A stretch of DNA of 64,000 nt. It comes from Chloroflexota bacterium. Lineage in GTDB: Bacteria > Chloroflexota > UBA11872 > VXOZ01. The notes beneath the pieces are model-generated. The model made no database searches. It was not told where the DNA came from and saw nothing but the letters and a program-made list of their open reading frames with translations. Within the stretch, counting starts at the first letter, position 1, and the number at the start of each line of letters is the position of its first letter. The position numbers and the translations under genes were made by a program. The stretch lies in contig CAXXVD010000005.1 of assembly GCA_963662335.2 (NCBI GenBank), positions 288,001 through 352,000 on the forward strand. The letters are read 5' to 3'. Below are positions 1-9,377 of the stretch, in pieces.

Positions 1-16
1 CGAGCCGAGCATCCGC

Positions 17-1573
17 ATGATCACTACCCGCCACGAAGCGGGCGCGGCGCACATGGCCGACGGCTATGCGCGCGTATCCGGCAAACCGGGCGTAGCAATG
101 GTAGTGCCGGGCGCGGCTCTCTACAATGCCGCCACGGGCCTGGCCACGGCCTATGCCCGTTCCTCTCCGGTTCTCGCCATTGCCGCCCAAATTCCGCGCG
201 GCCAGATCGGGAAGAACCTCGGCGTCTACCATGAAGTCGACAACCAACCCTCTGTGGTGCGCCCGGTTACCAAGTGGCAGCGGCAGGCGCTCAGGCCGCG
301 GGAAATCCCGGACGCCGTGTGTGAAGCATTCAGGCAGATGCGCAGCGGCCGCCCTCGTCCCGTGCTCCTTGAGATCCCGCCGGAGGCCGGGGTGGAGCGC
401 GAGGACGTCCAACTCCGGGATCCGGCCAAGTTCACGCGCATCGTGCCGAGCCAGGAACACCTGCGGGAGGCTGCGCACATTATCGCCCGTTCCCGCTTGC
501 CCCTGATATTCGCGGGCGGCGGGGTGGCGCTTTCCGGCGCGGAAGAAGCCCTCCTAGCGCTGGTGGAAGCGACGAATATACCCGTAGTTACGTCCGCTGG
601 CGGCAAGGGGGCCATTCCCGACCGCCATCCGCTCTGTTACGGCTCGTGTCTCAGTCCGGCGGCCGAGACGCCGGAGATGAATCAGCTCTTCGACGTGATG
701 CAGTCCGCCGACGTCGTGATCGGCATCGGCGCTCGTTTTTCGCTCGGCAATCCGGCCGGCGAATCGTCAACGCTGATAAACATCAACATCGACGATTCCG
801 AGATCACAAGAGTGCAATCCAATACGATCCCGTTGCATGGCGACGCCGGCGCCACCGTCGAAGCCCTGCTTCCCTTCCTGATCGAGGCCGGGGCGGGCAG
901 TCGCTCGTCGCCCGCCGCAGCGGTCAGCGCCGCCCGGCGCCTGATCGCGTATCACGACATCAGGCTCCAGGAACCCCAGTATTCGATTATGGAAGCGATG
1001 CGGGGCAGCATTCCGGAAGACACTTTCATCGTCTGGGACAGCACGAAGTTCGGCTATTACGCCCGCACCCACTACCCGGTCAATTGTCCCAACACATTCT
1101 TAGATTCCGGCTATTCTTTCAATCTCGGCTTCTCTTTCCCGGCGGCGCTGGGCGTAAAGGTGGCGCAACCCGCCCGTCCCGTGATCAGCGTCATCGGCGA
1201 CGGCGGGTTCATGTTCAATGCCACTGAACTCTCCACGGCCGTCAGGTACGGGATCAATGCAACGACCATTGTCTTTAGAGACGACTCCTACGGCAACGTT
1301 GCCCAGGACCTGGATGAGTTCTTTGCCGGTACCTACGAGACCGACCTGCACAACCCGGACATCGTCCAGTTTGCCGAGTCTTTCGGCGCAGCCGGCATGA
1401 GGGCGGACGACCCGATGGAGCTGGAAACGCTGCTGCCGCGCGCGCTGGCGTGTGAAGCGCCGGTAGTCATCGACGTTCCCGTCGGAGACATGCCGTTGCC
1501 GCGCGCCAAACTGCAAGCGCACCTGCCTTCCGTGCCCTGGGTAGTGCCGCAGGAGGGTCTGATAGAGTCCTGA
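17..1573 (+). CDS. Thiamine-pyrophosphate-binding enzyme (acetolactate synthase large-subunit-like); probably 5'-truncated by the window edge
   Basis: RHEAGAAHMADGYARVSGKPGV N-terminal motif; GDGGFMFN...DDSYG TPP-binding motif; the usual first ~40 aa are missing. Confidence 0.88.
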   Translation: MITTRHEAGAAHMADGYARVSGKPGVAMVVPGAALYNAATGLATAYARSSPVLAIAAQIPRGQIGKNLGVYHEVDNQPSVVRPVTKWQRQALRPREIPDAVCEAFRQMRSGRPRPVLLEIPPEAGVEREDVQLRDPAKFTRIVPSQEHLREAAHIIARSRLPLIFAGGGVALSGAEEALLALVEATNIPVVTSAGGKGAIPDRHPLCYGSCLSPAAETPEMNQLFDVMQSADVVIGIGARFSLGNPAGESSTLININIDDSEITRVQSNTIPLHGDAGATVEALLPFLIEAGAGSRSSPAAAVSAARRLIAYHDIRLQEPQYSIMEAMRGSIPEDTFIVWDSTKFGYYARTHYPVNCPNTFLDSGYSFNLGFSFPAALGVKVAQPARPVISVIGDGGFMFNATELSTAVRYGINATTIVFRDDSYGNVAQDLDEFFAGTYETDLHNPDIVQFAESFGAAGMRADDPMELETLLPRALACEAPVVIDVPVGDMPLPRAKLQAHLPSVPWVVPQEGLIES

Positions 1574-1594
1574 AAGGCTGCCCGCCGGCAGGCG

Positions 1595-3139
1595 CTACTC
1601 TCGGAGCGCTTTCATCACCAACGGGATTTCGCCGAGCAAGTCAGACGCCAGCAGGCCGCTTTCTCCCAAACGAGCGCGCACGCGCTCTCCGGCTTCGCCG
1701 TGGATGAATGCGCCCGCCACCGCCGCCGCGTAGGGCGAAACGCCCTGCGCAAGCAGGCCGGCGGTGATGCCCGCCAGCACGTCGCCGGTGCCGGCGGCCG
1801 CCAGCGCCGGATTGCGGTGCGGGTTGACGGCGGCCGTGCCGTCGGGAGCCGCGACGATGCTCGGCGCGCCCTTGGCCACCATCACGACGTCCCAATCGGC
1901 CGCGCACTGCGGCGCCAGTTGCAGCCGCTGCGCGTCTACTTCGGCTGCTGGCCGCCGGAGCAGACGGCCAAACTCACCGGCGTGGGGCGTGAGAATCGTG
2001 GCGGGCGGCAGCGCGTTGCTCACGTCGAGTCCCGCCAGCGCGTTGACGCCGTCTGCGTCGAGCGCCAGCGGCGGGGCGTCCGCAGTATTGCGGAGTTCGT
2101 GTAGAAGCCCGCGCACGCACGCGAACGTCTGCGGGTCATCGCCCAGGCCGCAACCCGCCAGCAGCGCGCGGTACTTTGGCAGCGCTTCCATGATGGGCTC
2201 TATGCTATCCGGCGTGAGGTGTCCGGCGGCGTCCGGCAGCGGCAGAAAGGTGCACTCCGTGGCTTTCACCGCCACCATCGGATGGATGGAAGCGGGCAGC
2301 GCCAGCGTGACCAGGCCCGCGCCGGCCCGGGCCGCCGCCGCCGCGCTCAGATAGGCCGCGCCAACGTAGCGGCGCGACCCGGCCACGATCAGCGCCCGGC
2401 CAAACGTGCCCTTGTGCGCGCTTTGCGGCCGGCTTGGCAACAAATCCTTCACCTGCGCGGCCGTCGTACGCTGGAGCGGCAGCGGCTCTGCCCATTCCGG
2501 CGGGAGGCCGATGTCCGCCACGTGCACCTTTCCGGCGCAGTCCGCGCCTTTGCCCACGAAGCAGCCGGGTTTTGCCAGGCCCGTAGCCAGCGTGAAGTCC
2601 GCCTGAAACGCCTGCGGGTCCGCCGCACCGGTGTCCGCGTCGATGCCGCTGGGTATATCCACCGCAACCCGCAGCGTATCCGGCGACACCGCCCGCTGTG
2701 CCGCAGTGAGTGCTTCAAGGACGATGCCCCGCAGCGGCGGCGCGGAACCGATTCCGAGCAGCGCGTCCAGCACGCAGTTCGCCTCTGCCAGCCACTGCTG
2801 GAGACGCTGGGCGCTGTCGGCCTCGCCGCGGACCGCCACCGGGATTCCGACGGACGTTGCGCGCGCGAGATTGGGGTCATTTGGGCGAGCGCGGGTCAGA
2901 TAGACGCGGGGCAGAATGCCGGCGCGGTGGAGATGATAGGCGGCCACCAGGCCGTCGCCGCCGTTGTTGCCCGATCCGGCGAGAATGAGTACCCGCTGGC
3001 CCGGCGTAAGCCGGCCCAGTTGCCGGAGCAGCGCGGCCACGCTGTAGCCGGCCAATTCCATGAGGGTATGCTCGTCCATGCCGATTGTTGCGGCCCGGGC
3101 CTCCAACCGGCGCATGGCCGCGGTGTCGGCCAGTTTCAC
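1595..3139 (-). CDS. nnr: Bifunctional NAD(P)H-hydrate epimerase/dehydratase (YjeF)
   Basis: GSGNNGGDG, DALLGIG and VDIPSG (YjeF_N); HKGTFG, LDADG, LTPHAGEF and AGTGDVLAG (carbohydrate-kinase domain). Confidence 0.95.
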   Translation of the reverse strand: MKLADTAAMRRLEARAATIGMDEHTLMELAGYSVAALLRQLGRLTPGQRVLILAGSGNNGGDGLVAAYHLHRAGILPRVYLTRARPNDPNLARATSVGIPVAVRGEADSAQRLQQWLAEANCVLDALLGIGSAPPLRGIVLEALTAAQRAVSPDTLRVAVDIPSGIDADTGAADPQAFQADFTLATGLAKPGCFVGKGADCAGKVHVADIGLPPEWAEPLPLQRTTAAQVKDLLPSRPQSAHKGTFGRALIVAGSRRYVGAAYLSAAAAARAGAGLVTLALPASIHPMVAVKATECTFLPLPDAAGHLTPDSIEPIMEALPKYRALLAGCGLGDDPQTFACVRGLLHELRNTADAPPLALDADGVNALAGLDVSNALPPATILTPHAGEFGRLLRRPAAEVDAQRLQLAPQCAADWDVVMVAKGAPSIVAAPDGTAAVNPHRNPALAAAGTGDVLAGITAGLLAQGVSPYAAAVAGAFIHGEAGERVRARLGESGLLASDLLGEIPLVMKALRE

Positions 3140-3207
3140 TTCCGCGCTCCTCGAGTCCTGGCGCGCTTGCGACGCCGCTTCACCGTCCCAAGTCCGTCCT
3201 GCGTCAC

Positions 3208-4056
3208 CTACGTAGCCACCACTACGGCAATCGCGAACTCGCGGCTGTGGCTCAGGCTGACGTCGAAGTGCCGCAGGTTGAGCGCCCGCGCCCGCGCGGC
3301 CGCCGCGCCGTGCAAGTAGACCAGCGGCTTGCCGCGCTTGTCGGGCAGAATCTCCATCTCTCGCCAGCGGATGCCCCAGATGCCGGTGCCCAGGGCCTTT
3401 GAGATCGCCTCTTTCGCAGCAAAGCGCGCCGCCAACTCCGGCGCGCGGCCGCGGTAGAGCGCCTGTTCGGCCTCGGTGTAGACCCGCCGGAGAAACCGCT
3501 CGCCGTAGCGCTCGGCCACGCGGGCGATCCGCGCGATCTCAATTATGTCAACACCCGCCTTGGGCCCGCCCGCGCTCGGCAGCACGCTGCCGGGGCCAAC
3601 GCCGGCCGGCGCCGGGCGAATGAGCCCGCGTCCGGCCGCGGCGTCCGCCGCGATTTCGGCCGCGCGCGCCGCGGCGTCGCCGTCTCTATTCTTGACGATT
3701 GCGGCGCGGCGGAAGATGCCCCGGCGCGGCGCGGGCCCGCGCAGGAGAAAGAGGAAGAGCGGCGCCGCGGTGTGACCGAACGCCGCCGCCAACTCCGCGG
3801 CCTCCGCCAAGCCGGGCAGGATCACAACGCTCGTTCCGCCCTGGGCGGCAATCTGCTCCGCGCTTGCCGCCAGCGCGCCGGCCAGCCACGGCGCGGCCTC
3901 CGGCCGGTTGCCGCCATCCTGCCCGCCGGCCGCGCCCGGCGCGGCAATGGGGGCAAAGTAGTCCGGCCTCAGCACCGTTGCGCGCGGCACGTGGCAGGCC
4001 AGCGCGCAGCCCACTTGCGCGCCCGCGTCTGCGTCGCCGGCCAAGATGATGATCAT
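3208..4056 (-). CDS. acpS: Holo-ACP synthase with ~165-aa N-terminal extension
   Basis: C-terminal GVDIIEIARI...LAARFAAKEAISKALGTG...GKP...SLSHS; ATG at 4056 overlaps the upstream TGA (ATGA coupling). Confidence 0.88.
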   Translation of the reverse strand: MIIILAGDADAGAQVGCALACHVPRATVLRPDYFAPIAAPGAAGGQDGGNRPEAAPWLAGALAASAEQIAAQGGTSVVILPGLAEAAELAAAFGHTAAPLFLFLLRGPAPRRGIFRRAAIVKNRDGDAAARAAEIAADAAAGRGLIRPAPAGVGPGSVLPSAGGPKAGVDIIEIARIARVAERYGERFLRRVYTEAEQALYRGRAPELAARFAAKEAISKALGTGIWGIRWREMEILPDKRGKPLVYLHGAAAARARALNLRHFDVSLSHSREFAIAVVVAT

Positions 4057-5282
4057 CTGCCAACCAGGCTTATGCGCTGAATCGCGCCCTCGTACGACCA
4101 ACCTGTCGCTACCACTTCGATGGTCTGGATGAAGGTCGGCCGCGGCGTCAATTGCAAGAGATTGATCTCATACCGCAGCCATTTATCCTGCGCAATCCGC
4201 GTTGCGTGCTTCGTCGAGTAGCGCTCGTCCGTCGGCGCGGCGTAGTAGAAGCCGTGGTACCAGCGCGTCTCGCCGCCCGTAATATCCCGGAAGTTGATGC
4301 GCACCATGATCGGGTACTCGGACCCGGCCGTGCCGCCGCCGGGCAGACTCTGGTAGATCGCCTTCACCCGCAGCGTCAGGATCAACTCCTCGAAGTCCCA
4401 GACGTCGCGGTTGATCTGCTGCGCCAGCACCGTTTCGCCGGCGCCCAGGCCGACCCGCGTGAAGTAGAGGCCGTCCGGATGGGGCGTAACGATGCCCTTG
4501 GGCGTGCGCTCGGAACGATCCTCTTTCCGCCACGTATCTTGCCAATTTGGCGGCAGCGCGGAAAAGTCGCCCATCTCCACCAGGTCTTGCGCGGCCGGCA
4601 ACGGCGCGTCCGGCAATTGTCCGCCCGTCGTGGTGACCCGCTCCCCACCGGAAAGCGCGATGTCCTTCTTCCCGTCAGTCACGACGGCGCTGCCCAGGCG
4701 CGCGGAAAGCGAACTGCGCGACTCCGCGCCCCCGTTCACGCCGGGGCTAACCTCCACGGCAAAACTGCCTTCCCGCAGCGCGGCGCTAAAATCCGGCGTT
4801 TGCACGCGGAAACGGCGCTCCGCGGAGGAAGCCACCGGCGCGACCGCTATGCGAATCTTGCCTCTGCTCTGCGCCAGGACAATCTGCGTCTTCTCCGGCC
4901 GGTAGCGCACGAAGTTGGCCGCCACCAGCGTAAACTCGCTATCGGGGTACATCAAGATGGTGCTCTCGTCCGGCAACGTGAGAAACGCGCGGGAGGTCTC
5001 GTGGGTGCTGATGCTATCCCCGGGGTTGAGTTGCGTGGCCTCCGCGCGCACGACCCAGTTGGGAGAGCCTGCCGCGAGAACGTACACCTGTCCGCTGATG
5101 ACCAGCACCGGCGCCGGCGCATCCTGCCGCACGCGCTCGATTGCCCAGGTTATGGTGCGGGGAACGGCTATGACGGCGAGCGCGAAGACGATGAATCCTG
5201 CCACCAGCGTCGCCCACGCCAGCCGCTGCATGCCCCGGTATCGTGTCGGCGCAATCGCCTCTGTGGCGGCAAATCGCTCCAT
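4053..5282 (-). CDS. Membrane-anchored FecR-domain protein with C-terminal beta-sandwich domain
   Basis: N-terminal TM helix (LAWATLVAGFIVFALAVIAV); FecR-like GDSISTHETSRAFLTLPDESTI...FRVQTP; start placed just after the acyP stop. Confidence 0.7.
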   Translation of the reverse strand: MERFAATEAIAPTRYRGMQRLAWATLVAGFIVFALAVIAVPRTITWAIERVRQDAPAPVLVISGQVYVLAAGSPNWVVRAEATQLNPGDSISTHETSRAFLTLPDESTILMYPDSEFTLVAANFVRYRPEKTQIVLAQSRGKIRIAVAPVASSAERRFRVQTPDFSAALREGSFAVEVSPGVNGGAESRSSLSARLGSAVVTDGKKDIALSGGERVTTTGGQLPDAPLPAAQDLVEMGDFSALPPNWQDTWRKEDRSERTPKGIVTPHPDGLYFTRVGLGAGETVLAQQINRDVWDFEELILTLRVKAIYQSLPGGGTAGSEYPIMVRINFRDITGGETRWYHGFYYAAPTDERYSTKHATRIAQDKWLRYEINLLQLTPRPTFIQTIEVVATGWSYEGAIQRISLVGR

Positions 5283-5283
5283 G

Positions 5284-5577
5284 CTACTCCCGGATCCGAA
5301 ACTCCCCAAGAGAACCGGAAGAGTCTTCCCACGTAGCCTCGACATGCGCCACGCGGCTCAGGAGCGGCCCGCAACCTAGCCGCTCCAACAGCGTTTCCAG
5401 GGCGGGTCGCGGACCCTCGGCGACGACTTCAACGCTGCCGTCGCGTTCCTCGTTGCGCGCGTACCCGCCAAGCCCCAGGCTCACCGCGGCCCGCGCCGCG
5501 AACTGGCGGTAGCCGACACCCTGCACCCGGCCGTACACGCGGGCGCGCAGCCGCCGTTGCGCGGCGAGCTTGGACAT
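5284..5577 (-). CDS. acyP: Acylphosphatase
   Basis: VYGRVQGVGYR and GYARN...GSVEVVAEG signature; 97 aa. Confidence 0.93.
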   Translation of the reverse strand: MSKLAAQRRLRARVYGRVQGVGYRQFAARAAVSLGLGGYARNEERDGSVEVVAEGPRPALETLLERLGCGPLLSRVAHVEATWEDSSGSLGEFRIRE

Positions 5578-5609
5578 ATCTCTCTCCGGGGCGCTGCCGC
5601 CCGTCCCAT

Positions 5610-6596
5610 CTAGCCGCTGGCGTTGTCCAGGCCGAGTTCCTGGCGGACTTCGTTGACGGCTTCAACGATTACGGCCAATTTCGCCTGCGCCTCTGCCACC
5701 GTGCGGGTCTTGAGCCCACAATCCGGATCGATGTAGAGGCGGTCGGCGGGCACGACGTCCAGGCCCTTGTAGATGCCGGCCTTTACCTGTTCTTTGTCCT
5801 CGATCACGTGGCTGTGCACGTCCACCACGCCCAGCGCCAGTTTCTTCGTGAACGGCGCCCGCTCCTTGAAGAGGTCGAGCAGGTCGTAGTCGCTGTTCGC
5901 CATCTCCAGGTCGATGACGTCCACCGGGATGTCCAGCAGTTTGGGATAGATGGCGTCGAAGTCGCCGTAGCAGATGTGCGTGCCGGTGGTTGCCGTCAGG
6001 CCGTCCACCACCACGCCCATGGCCTCGATGGCCAGCGGCAGGTCTTCCGGCCGGGTGGAGACCGCCGGTTCGTCGATCTGAATGAACTGCGCGCCGGCCT
6101 GCTCCAGGGCCGCCACTTCCTCGTGCAGCACCGCGGCCATGGCCAGCACGAACTCTTCCTGCGTGTCGTAGTAGTTGTTGTACGACCACTCGGCCATGGT
6201 GTACGGGCCGGTGATCATGCCCTTTACGGGCTTGTCGGTCAGGCTCTGCGCGTACTGCCACCAGTCGAGCGTGAACGGCTTGACGCGCTTGAGCGGCCCC
6301 ACCGCGATCGGCTTGCGGTAGTAGCGGTTGCCGTACGAGCGCACGAGACCGCTAATCTCCATGCCTTCCATCATCTCGGCGAAGTAGGTTGCCATATCGC
6401 CCCGGTACATCTCGGCGTCCACGGCGATGTCCAGTCCCAGATCGTTTTGATACTCCATCCAGAACTTCGTGTACTCGCGTTCCAGCGCCGTCAATTCTTC
6501 CCGCGGCAATCTGCCCCGCGCAAAGCTCGTGCGCGCCTTGGTAAGCGCCGGCGGCTTGGGCAAACTCCCCACCTGGGTTGTCCATAGACCTTCCAT
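5610..6596 (-). CDS. Cobalamin-independent methionine synthase, catalytic (Zn) subunit of a split MetE
   Basis: TTQVGSLPKP, VRSYGNRYYRKP, KGMITGPYT, IQIDEPA; Zn ligands THICYG, E and PDCGLKT; real start MEGLWTT at 6596. Confidence 0.88.
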   Translation of the reverse strand: MEGLWTTQVGSLPKPPALTKARTSFARGRLPREELTALEREYTKFWMEYQNDLGLDIAVDAEMYRGDMATYFAEMMEGMEISGLVRSYGNRYYRKPIAVGPLKRVKPFTLDWWQYAQSLTDKPVKGMITGPYTMAEWSYNNYYDTQEEFVLAMAAVLHEEVAALEQAGAQFIQIDEPAVSTRPEDLPLAIEAMGVVVDGLTATTGTHICYGDFDAIYPKLLDIPVDVIDLEMANSDYDLLDLFKERAPFTKKLALGVVDVHSHVIEDKEQVKAGIYKGLDVVPADRLYIDPDCGLKTRTVAEAQAKLAVIVEAVNEVRQELGLDNASG

Positions 6597-6598
6597 TG

Positions 6599-7576
6599 TT
6601 ATGCCACAGCCTCCTGCGCTTTTGCCACGGCACGGGCCATGTTTTCCAATTTGGCGTACGCCGTTTCGCGCGGCAGAAACTCCAAGCCGGTGTTTGGGCC
6701 AATCGCAATGCGGTCTGCGGCCACGTGCCGCGCCGCCCGGCTCACACTCTCCACCACCGCTGCTTCCGTCTCCATGCGCACGTTGCGGGCGTCGATGATG
6801 CCCAGCGTAAGGTCGCGCTCCGCCGGAAAGCCGTCCAAGAGCGTGTGGTTGCGCCGGCCCTGTACCATGTCCAGCCCAAACCCCTGGAAAGGCAGCGCAA
6901 AGAAATCGGGCAGGCCGACGGCGTCGCCAAAGTCGGTGCGCAGGACTTTCTTGGCGTCCACGCCGTCCACGAGCACGTCCATCGCCTCGCGGAAGATGTC
7001 CCAGTCGTCTTTGTAGCGCTGCCAGACGATGGCCGGCTCGTCCACCTGTATCAGCGGGGGCGCGGCCGCCGCCAACGCTTTCATCTCCTGGTTGAGCGCC
7101 CGCGCCGTGTCTAGCACAAGCGTCTTCAGGTCCGCGTAGACGCCCGGCAGAGAGAGCTTGGCAATGGTGTACGGGCCGGTGACCACCGGCTTTACTGGGC
7201 AGCTGGCGTGGTCGCGGGCAAATTGGTAGTCGCGGACAAGCATCGGCCCGTGCCACACGATGCGGCCGGTGGCTTCCGGCTGGCGGTAGAAGGTGTTGGT
7301 GTCGAAGTAGCGAATGAGACCGCCGATCTCGTAGCCGTGCAGTTTACCGGCGATGTACGTCACCGGATCTTGCCAGCGGATTTGCCCGTCGGTGATTACG
7401 TCCACGCCGGCGCGCTCTTGCTCGCCGATTACCTCGCGGGTGACGTAATCCGCGGCCACGGCCAGTTCGTCGGCGGAAATCCGCCCCCGATCGAACGAAG
7501 CAATGGCGCGGCGCAACGTCTGGCCGCCGGGTCTATTGGCGATCTTGGGATAATTCCCTGGAACCGTACTGATCAT
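6599..7576 (-). CDS. MetE N-terminal-like (putative folate-binding, non-catalytic) subunit of a split MetE
   Basis: GNYPKI, TDGQIRWQD, RYFDTNTFYRQP, TGPYTIA, QVDEPA; lacks HxC/C Zn ligands (PNTGLEFLP); ends 2 nt before the catalytic gene. Confidence 0.82.
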   Translation of the reverse strand: MISTVPGNYPKIANRPGGQTLRRAIASFDRGRISADELAVAADYVTREVIGEQERAGVDVITDGQIRWQDPVTYIAGKLHGYEIGGLIRYFDTNTFYRQPEATGRIVWHGPMLVRDYQFARDHASCPVKPVVTGPYTIAKLSLPGVYADLKTLVLDTARALNQEMKALAAAAPPLIQVDEPAIVWQRYKDDWDIFREAMDVLVDGVDAKKVLRTDFGDAVGLPDFFALPFQGFGLDMVQGRRNHTLLDGFPAERDLTLGIIDARNVRMETEAAVVESVSRAARHVAADRIAIGPNTGLEFLPRETAYAKLENMARAVAKAQEAVA

Positions 7577-7735
7577 CAACTGCTCCTGTTATGAGAGACT
7601 GCCGTGCACTACTCTATGGTATGGCACACCGTGCCAAAATTCAAAAGTGGGCGTGCGCGGGAGTTTTAGACTTGGACGTAGGTCGCACAAATATGCGATC
7701 ATCGCACGCGCTCATGCCTAAAACGGCGCGCTGAC

Positions 7736-7812
7736 TGTCATTCTGAGGAGCGCAGCGACGAAGAATCTCGCGCGCGGCGCCTCCTAGATTCCGCGCTGCG
7801 CTCGGAATGACA
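7736..7812. repeat. REP-like doublet, family A (TGTCATTC...GAATCT / AGATTC...GAATGACA)
   Basis: Inverted ends TGTCATTC/GAATGACA; the same motif recurs at 9083, 15196, 33061, 35239 and 37983. Confidence 0.85.
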
Positions 7813-8000
7813 GGAAGCGAGGCCGCGTTGAGCCTTGGCGGCCACGCCAAGCAATCATGGCTTAAGCTCCTCTGGGCTAATTCGCCCTTTCAGACCGCTG
7901 GTGACACCTAATGCACGCTCAGCTATGCTAGAGGCGCACGCAGCGACCGAAAGTGGGAACGTATCACGAAGCAGACCGGACTACGTAGAGGAACCTGGCT

Positions 8001-8207
8001 TTGCAATACACAATCGTCATCGAGAAAACCGACAACGGCTATTCGGCGTACGCGCCGGACTTGCCGGGCTGCGTCGCCGCCGCGGATACGCAGGCTGAAG
8101 TGACCGCTTTGATGCGAGAAGCAGTTGCCCACCACGTTGCACTACTCCGCGAGCACGGCGACCCGGTACGGGAACCTGAGGCCGCATCAGCGTTGGTCGA
8201 GGTCTAG
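8001..8207 (+). CDS. hicB: HicB-like antitoxin (short form, no DNA-binding domain)
   Basis: YTIVIEKTDNGYSAYAPDLPGCVAAADT...GDPVREP; GAGG RBS before TTG. Confidence 0.85.
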   Translation: MQYTIVIEKTDNGYSAYAPDLPGCVAAADTQAEVTALMREAVAHHVALLREHGDPVREPEAASALVEV

Positions 8208-8270
8208 CCGCAGTTTTTTGGCAATGTGAACACTACGCCCGCCGGTATGCGCGCCGCTTGGAAGGGCACA

Positions 8271-8693
8271 ATGCAGATCAACACCGGCTTCCTCACGCGC
8301 TGCATCCAAACGCTGGACGCGGCGTTTGCGCAATTGCGGCGGCAAGAGAAAGACGGCATCACGTATGACATCCTGCGCGCCGCGTGCGTCAAGGAGTTCG
8401 AGCTCGTCTTGGAGCAGAGCGGCAGCCTCTTGGGCAAGCGGCTGCGGCCCTACTTCGCCAGCAACCGGGAGGCCGATCGGCTCACGTTCAAAGATCGTTT
8501 CCGCCATGCCGCGAAGCACGGCCTGATCTCAGTGGAGAGTTGCGCACGGTGGTTAACGTACCGGGACGCCCGCAACGATACGGCCCACCGCTATGGCGCG
8601 GGCTTTGCCGAAGCCACGTTGGCGCTGCTGCCCACTTTCATCGCCGACGCCAAGTCACTGGCGCAGGTCATCGGGGAGGAGACCGATGACTGA
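8271..8693 (+). CDS. HEPN-domain protein (HI0074 / nucleotidyltransferase substrate-binding family), putative toxin
   Basis: RAACVKEFELVLEQ, FKDRFRHAAKHGLI; RNDTAHRY matches RX4HXY. Confidence 0.85.
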   Translation: MQINTGFLTRCIQTLDAAFAQLRRQEKDGITYDILRAACVKEFELVLEQSGSLLGKRLRPYFASNREADRLTFKDRFRHAAKHGLISVESCARWLTYRDARNDTAHRYGAGFAEATLALLPTFIADAKSLAQVIGEETDD

Positions 8694-9018
8694 GCGGCTG
8701 GACTTGCCCTGCCGCTACCGGCGGGAACTCGAGGCATTGCTGCGCGCGTGCCTCCCCGGCGTCGAGGCGTGGGCCTACGGCAGCCGCGTAACCGGCGGCA
8801 GCCATCCGGGCAGCGACCTCGATCTGGCGCTCCGTACGCCGACATTGGAGCCAATACCGGACACCATGCTGCGGGAGTTCAAAGCAGCCTTGGAACGGTC
8901 TAACATACCCATCCTGGTGCAGGCCCACGACTGGGCGCGCTTGCCGGAGAGCTTTCACCGCGAGATCGAACGCAACTGCGTAGTCCTACATACTGCGCGC
9001 GACGACTCCGGCGGCTAA
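8686..9018 (+). CDS. Minimal nucleotidyltransferase (MNT), putative antitoxin
   Basis: AWAYGSRVTGGSHPGSDLDL matches GSX10DXD; overlaps the HEPN gene end; GGAGGA RBS. Confidence 0.88.
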   Translation: MTERLDLPCRYRRELEALLRACLPGVEAWAYGSRVTGGSHPGSDLDLALRTPTLEPIPDTMLREFKAALERSNIPILVQAHDWARLPESFHREIERNCVVLHTARDDSGG

Positions 9019-9082
9019 ACGCATCGCGACGCTGAACGCACTGCGTCATTGAGTGTACAGCTTGCTGCGCGCGGCTTCCGCT

Positions 9083-9239
9083 CTGTCAATCCGAACGGAA
9101 TTCTCACGCTGTCATTACGAACGGAGTTCTCTCCCTGTCATTCCGAACGGAGCGCAGCGCAGTGAGGAATCTACGGGGCTGAGACATTGAGAGTGAGGGT
9201 CCGTGGGACTCTAGATTCCTCGCTGCGCTCGGAATGACA
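9083..9239. repeat. Family A REP doublet preceded by 26-bp-period tandem copies of its left end
   Basis: CTGTCA(A/T)T(C/A)CGAACGGA at 9083, 9109 and 9135; right end GGAATGACA at 9231-9239. Confidence 0.85.
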
Positions 9240-9377
9240 TGCGTGATCCGCTCTGCATAGTGGAGAGCGAAATCAGTCAGTTATTTGCCCAGCAAGTACG
9301 GCATTCCAAGGGGCTGCTAGAATAGCACCCAGCGGTGTAGCTATAGTGCCTTCCGCGTTGCACTGGAGAAAGTCCCA

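Noticed and set aside
9083-9160. Three regularly spaced repeats suggesting a mini-CRISPR
   Set aside because: Period is only 26 bp with near-identical intervening sequence; these are duplicated REP ends, and no cas genes are present.
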